A DNA stretch of 64,000 nucleotides. Origin: Botryllus schlosseri. Taxonomy: Eukaryota. Shown here one piece after another: positions 60,067 through 64,000 of this stretch. The position numbers were made by a program, and so were the translations under genes. The stretch lies in the NCBI GenBank assembly GCA_051294905.1, contig CM119373.1, positions 9,486,001 through 9,550,000 of the forward strand, read 5' to 3'. Position 1 is the first letter of the stretch. The number at the start of each line of letters is the position of its first letter. The notes under the pieces are model-generated. The model was not told where the DNA came from. It did no database searches and worked only from the letters and a program-made list of their open reading frames with translations.

Positions 60067-61223
60067 TCAACTCAAACTGCTGGAAAGTTCATGTAAAATA
60101 GCTAAAAAAATAATCTTATTGTGACCATATTCTATCAATATGGCCCTGCTAGCCAAATTTTCAGGGCTAACATGAACAAGCTTGCTGCGTTTTGTTTCAA
60201 CAATTACACCGCCGATCAGTTTAGAGGAGCATGGTGCCAAGAAAAGTGGACTCGGTGATGGAAAAATACGGCACAACAACCGTTGCTCATGATTTTTGCC
60301 CAAAATTTCTTTAACTTCTGCACATGAGCCGTCTTTTAGTATGTATGCATTATCAGGCCTCCGCTTGGATAATGAATCTTGACTAGGAAAAATGTCACTG
60401 TTGTCTTTGAATTTCATTTCGCTATAGCGCTTAACGATTTGAGTTAAGGGACTTTTGCCAGACCTAACAAGCTTTTTTAACTCTCCCAAGTAGTTCTCAA
60501 ATTTAAAAGCGGAACAGGTTTCTAGGCCGTTGAAGGCATTTGCATCCTTTGCCAGATGAAGGAGCATATGAACATTGTAAACGACGAACCAAGCACCATA
60601 CAATTTATTACACAGCAGAGAATGGGCCAAAGTGTGACTTTCGAGCTTTTGAACAATGGGATCCCATCTATATTTAGTGCCAATTTTAAAGTATCTGTTG
60701 AATCTGTTGCACTTGCTGGAAAGCTATTTATTACCTTCTTCAGTTCTTTATGTAAACCGAGATTGTAATACTGCATTGACGATTTGTAATCAAGATCCAC
60801 ACTTCTGAGACTTGATTGCAATGTTCTTGCGGTTTTTGGCAAGTCCTTGAGAGCATCATTATTTCCTTTGAAATCCCTCATCAGACGAAGCAGTCGATCA
60901 GTAGATTTTTGAGTAATGTTACATTCAGATGTCCAAACCGCCAGTCTGTTTCTGAAAAGTAGTCCTTGATCTTCGTCGTCTGACATGTCATCAGCTTCGT
61001 CATCCGTGGATGATTGAGGAAGTGATTCGTCGGACTCCCTCATAGGTACTATAAAGCTTTCATTCGAACAACCTTCAGTACATTCTGGAGCAAAAGCATC
61101 TTCGTTAATGCTGTCCCCGGAACTATAGTCAGATCTTAACTGCACCGGGTCTGTCCCGGCTAACCGTTTAGCCTTTAGCCATTCCCTCTGATAATCTCTA
61201 CGCTTTTGTCGTTTTTCCGACAT
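60067..61223 (-). pseudogene. CACTA/EnSpm transposase with the central catalytic region deleted
   Basis: N-part ends LALNIDGIPLFKSSKVTLWPIL and is joined out of frame near 60605 to the C-part VYNVHMLLHL...SAFKFENYLGELKKLVRSGKSPLTQI. Confidence 0.88.
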
Positions 61224-61595
61224 GGATTAAAATAATAAATGACAGAGGTTTTCACACTTTATACTATATCACTGCACTCTATGCTGTAGGTGAAAAAATA
61301 ATGACCATTATTCTCAATCGTGCGATAATCTTGTAATGGTACTCATTTCATAAATCATAATCTTGTCACTGGATTAGGGGTAGAATTGCACTCAAATTTC
61401 AAAATTTGCTCACTTAAGAATATAGAGGTGCAATCACCGCCAAGATGAAAATATGATAAAACTTGATAAAAAATCAGGATACCAGTATCAAGAAAGGTAA
61501 CCTACAGATATGTTCTACAGATATATCTATGTGACTTTCACCTATAGAAAATTCCAGCATAAATAATATTCTGATAATGATAAATGCATGCATAT

Positions 61596-62021
61596 CAGAG
61601 ATGAGCACGGATTAGGATTAGGTTTTGAAAAAACAGGATTTGTGAAATTTTGTCGGATTTGGATTGGATTTGGATTAGACATTTTTTTCAGAACGGATTA
61701 GGATTTGGATTGGATTGACGTATTTTCTGAGAGATTGAAATGTCGTGTGGCGAATGGCGACAAACTTTATTCAGATCAGTTATTAATGTACTTATGGTTA
61801 CTAGGTTATCTTGAATCAAGTGAATCGTTGGTTGTGAAAGAAAATTTTCAAATCATTCCATTGCATAAATTAGTTTTTTTCTGAATTTCCAGTTTGAATC
61901 GGATTAGGATTGGACATGGACTTGAATATGAAAAAGTTATGGATTAGGTTTTGGATTTGGATTTGAAGCTTCGGATTTGGATTGGATTAGGACATAGAAA
62001 TTTCAAATCCGCTCATCTCTG
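61596..62021. mobile_element. hAT MITE with GGATT repeats, 426 bp (same family as 53453-53851)
   Basis: TIR CAGAGATGAGC; perfect TSD ATGCATAT. Confidence 0.92.
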
Positions 62022-62387
62022 ATGCATATGTATGAAGCGGAATGAACAACTGCATAATTCTAGCTGTCTAATTTCACCAAACTATAGCGAAATGTCAGTA
62101 CCGTGATCTTATTCTATTCAAATTTGGAAGAAACTATGTAGTTCTAATTCTATTGTATTGGATTATAATCTGGAAAAGCTGAAAGTTTTCTAGTTCTACG
62201 GTACAACTCTGGTGTGAAGGAGTCAAGCAGCTCTAGACGTCATATACTACAGGTAATTCGAAATACCCCCTAAGCTACATGCTGCTGTACATACATAGCT
62301 TTTGCCCGCTACCTCTCTCAGTCACAAAGCCTATCTTTACGGCATTTACCATAGAGAAATGCAGAATCTGTTGAAGAGCGCCCGCGC

Positions 62388-62733
62388 CACAATTTTTCTC
62401 CAGCACCCGAACTTTTTAGTAATTCAACAACCAATCAGAAGCCAGTAGTCTGCGAATCATCTCTCACCGAGCTGTATCAGTATGACGTAACAACACTAGC
62501 GATCACAATTCCTTTCCAGCACCCGAACTTTTTAGTAATTCAACAACCAATCAGAAGCCAGCAGTCCGCGAATCATCTCTCACCGAGCTGTATCAGCGTG
62601 ACGTAACAACACTGGCGATCACAATTCCTTTCCAGCACCCGAACTTTTTAGTAATTCAACAACAAATCAGAAGCTAGCGGTCCGCGAATCATCTCCCACC
62701 AAACTGTATCAGTATGACGTAACAACACTAGCG
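62388..62733. repeat. 3 x 116-bp tandem repeat carrying CCAAT and CRE-like motifs
   Basis: CAGCACCCGAAC at 62401, 62517, 62633; AACCAATCAG in units 1-2 (AACAAATCAG in unit 3); TGACGTAA in all three. Confidence 0.92.
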
Positions 62734-63223
62734 TTTACAATCCATGCTCATTGTGCATGCGCAATGTGCATACAAGAGTTTTGAAATAGCGAATATAAAT
62801 CAGAAAAAAAATTGATCGACAGACCAACCCCACGAATGTACAGTGTAAAACGGTGACATCCTCACGCAATAAAAAAAAACTGCATATTGACGTTTTATAT
62901 TGGATTTGCGAATCCATCGCATGACATTGAACAACACCGGATAGGAATTCGCTTCTTCATGGAATGTAAACCGAAGACCATCTTTTCTACGTATTTTATA
63001 CATAACCATGAGCAATAGAAAATTGGCCTGATTAATATACCTACGGGATATAACGGAAGCCTACCGCATGAGATGGAACAGCACTGCGTGGGAATTAATT
63101 CAAATGCATATAACTAGAGGACCATCCTTTCTACGTGATTTAGACATACCCCCGAGACATAGAAAATCGGAACCTAATCGAGATGATCCCGGATGATCCT
63201 CTTACGGTTTTGTGTTTGCTGGG

Positions 63224-63520
63224 TACTACTTAATAAATACAGTCCATCCTCTAGATTACCGGACCACGACTGACCTATCGATCTCGCTTCCCATGACATG
63301 CCGCCCTATTTCTTGTCGCATTCTTCTTCTATACTATCTTCTTTACTTTCATTCAGTGTGCATGCCTCCTCTTTACATCGCCTAGGCCAAGGTGGGTGTC
63401 AGATTCCATAGACTACTCCTTGTCGCTTCGACATCTTCCTGTCTTTTCATTGTATCGCATTCTTGTGATGTATTGAACTGATAAAATTGCTAATAAACCA
63501 ATGATGAATGATGATGATGA
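63224..63520 (+). mobile_element. CR1/L2-type LINE fragment, right half (3' UTR and (ATG)n tail)
   Basis: Continues the fragment ending at 53138; GATTACCGGACCACGAC and CGCCTAGGC shared with the 45063-45700 copy. Confidence 0.85.
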
Positions 63521-63944
63521 CAACCCATGAAATGACCAACTTCCTCTTTTTTCCAATCCTTTTGAATTGAACGCTACACCGTACGCATGACTGGTCTTGT
63601 AACCAGATAATCCGGAGTCATTATGGCTCCGTTACCGAACGGCTGTGTTTGCGTGCGATGATGTTCCTATTTTCGAATCACGATGTTTGTGTATTGCAAT
63701 ATATCCTGTGAGGATGTAACGATGTTTACTTGTCACTCGGCTGTAATAGCGTTATAGTGGAATGGTAAAGCGTCCTGCTTCTGCTTCTTAATCGGTAGGT
63801 CATATGGTCAATTCGCGGCCATGTCAGATAAAAGACTGGTATCCGCGGCTATCAGGCTCAACGTTCATCGTTCAGGGATAGCATGGTTATCGCATCTCAA
63901 TCATCAAAGCATCTCAATGGTGCAAACGAGAATAAGACTGATAT

Positions 63945-64000
63945 ATATCTCTCTCTTCCACTCTCTCTCTCTCTCTCTCTCTCTCCTCCACTCCCCTCTC
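63945..64000. repeat. (CT)n microsatellite
   Basis: ctctctctct run reaching the window end. Confidence 0.85.

Larger units (their letters stand above)
53139..63223 (-). mobile_element. CACTA/EnSpm (CCC-end type) element, 10085 bp, non-autonomous deletion derivative
   Basis: 12-bp TIR CCCAGCAAACAC; 2-bp TSD TA; removal rejoins the LINE coding sequence (...KYKE|LLLNKY); encodes transposase remnants and a DUF4806-like gene. Confidence 0.9.

Noticed and set aside
991-63015. Most remaining short track ORFs (60-125 aa)
   Set aside because: Intronic or MITE-internal, no recognisable motifs, and of lengths expected by chance.

Overview
Intron-rich, AT-rich animal genomic DNA; the taxon cannot be fixed from sequence alone. 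The + strand carries two tandem paralogous S1 (trypsin-fold) serine-protease genes that I reconstructed by hand from splice sites, because the ORF track misses most exons. Gene A shows only its 3' end: 5 exons, 444-9250, with a complete His/Asp/Ser triad. Gene B (15535 to beyond 46710; 14 exons, 773 codons in one continuous frame) encodes signal peptide-TSP1-TSP1-EGF-TSP1-vWA-EGF-Ig-protease; its catalytic-Ser and last exons were not found before the window ends. The transposons I could delimit sum to about 35 kb of the 64 kb. They include a 6.8-kb Ty3/Gypsy element with identical LTRs, no tRNA PBS and a perfect 14-bp self-complementary PBS; a 2.66-kb foldback element nested in its gag, apparently without a TSD; a 55-bp poly(A) retro-insert in its RNase H; a 10.1-kb CACTA/EnSpm deletion derivative that splits a CR1/L2-type LINE fragment; an older CACTA-like relic; a Chapaev-like transposase relic; and many hAT, Harbinger and MULE MITEs with readable TSDs. 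All family assignments come from motif recognition by eye; no database search was run.
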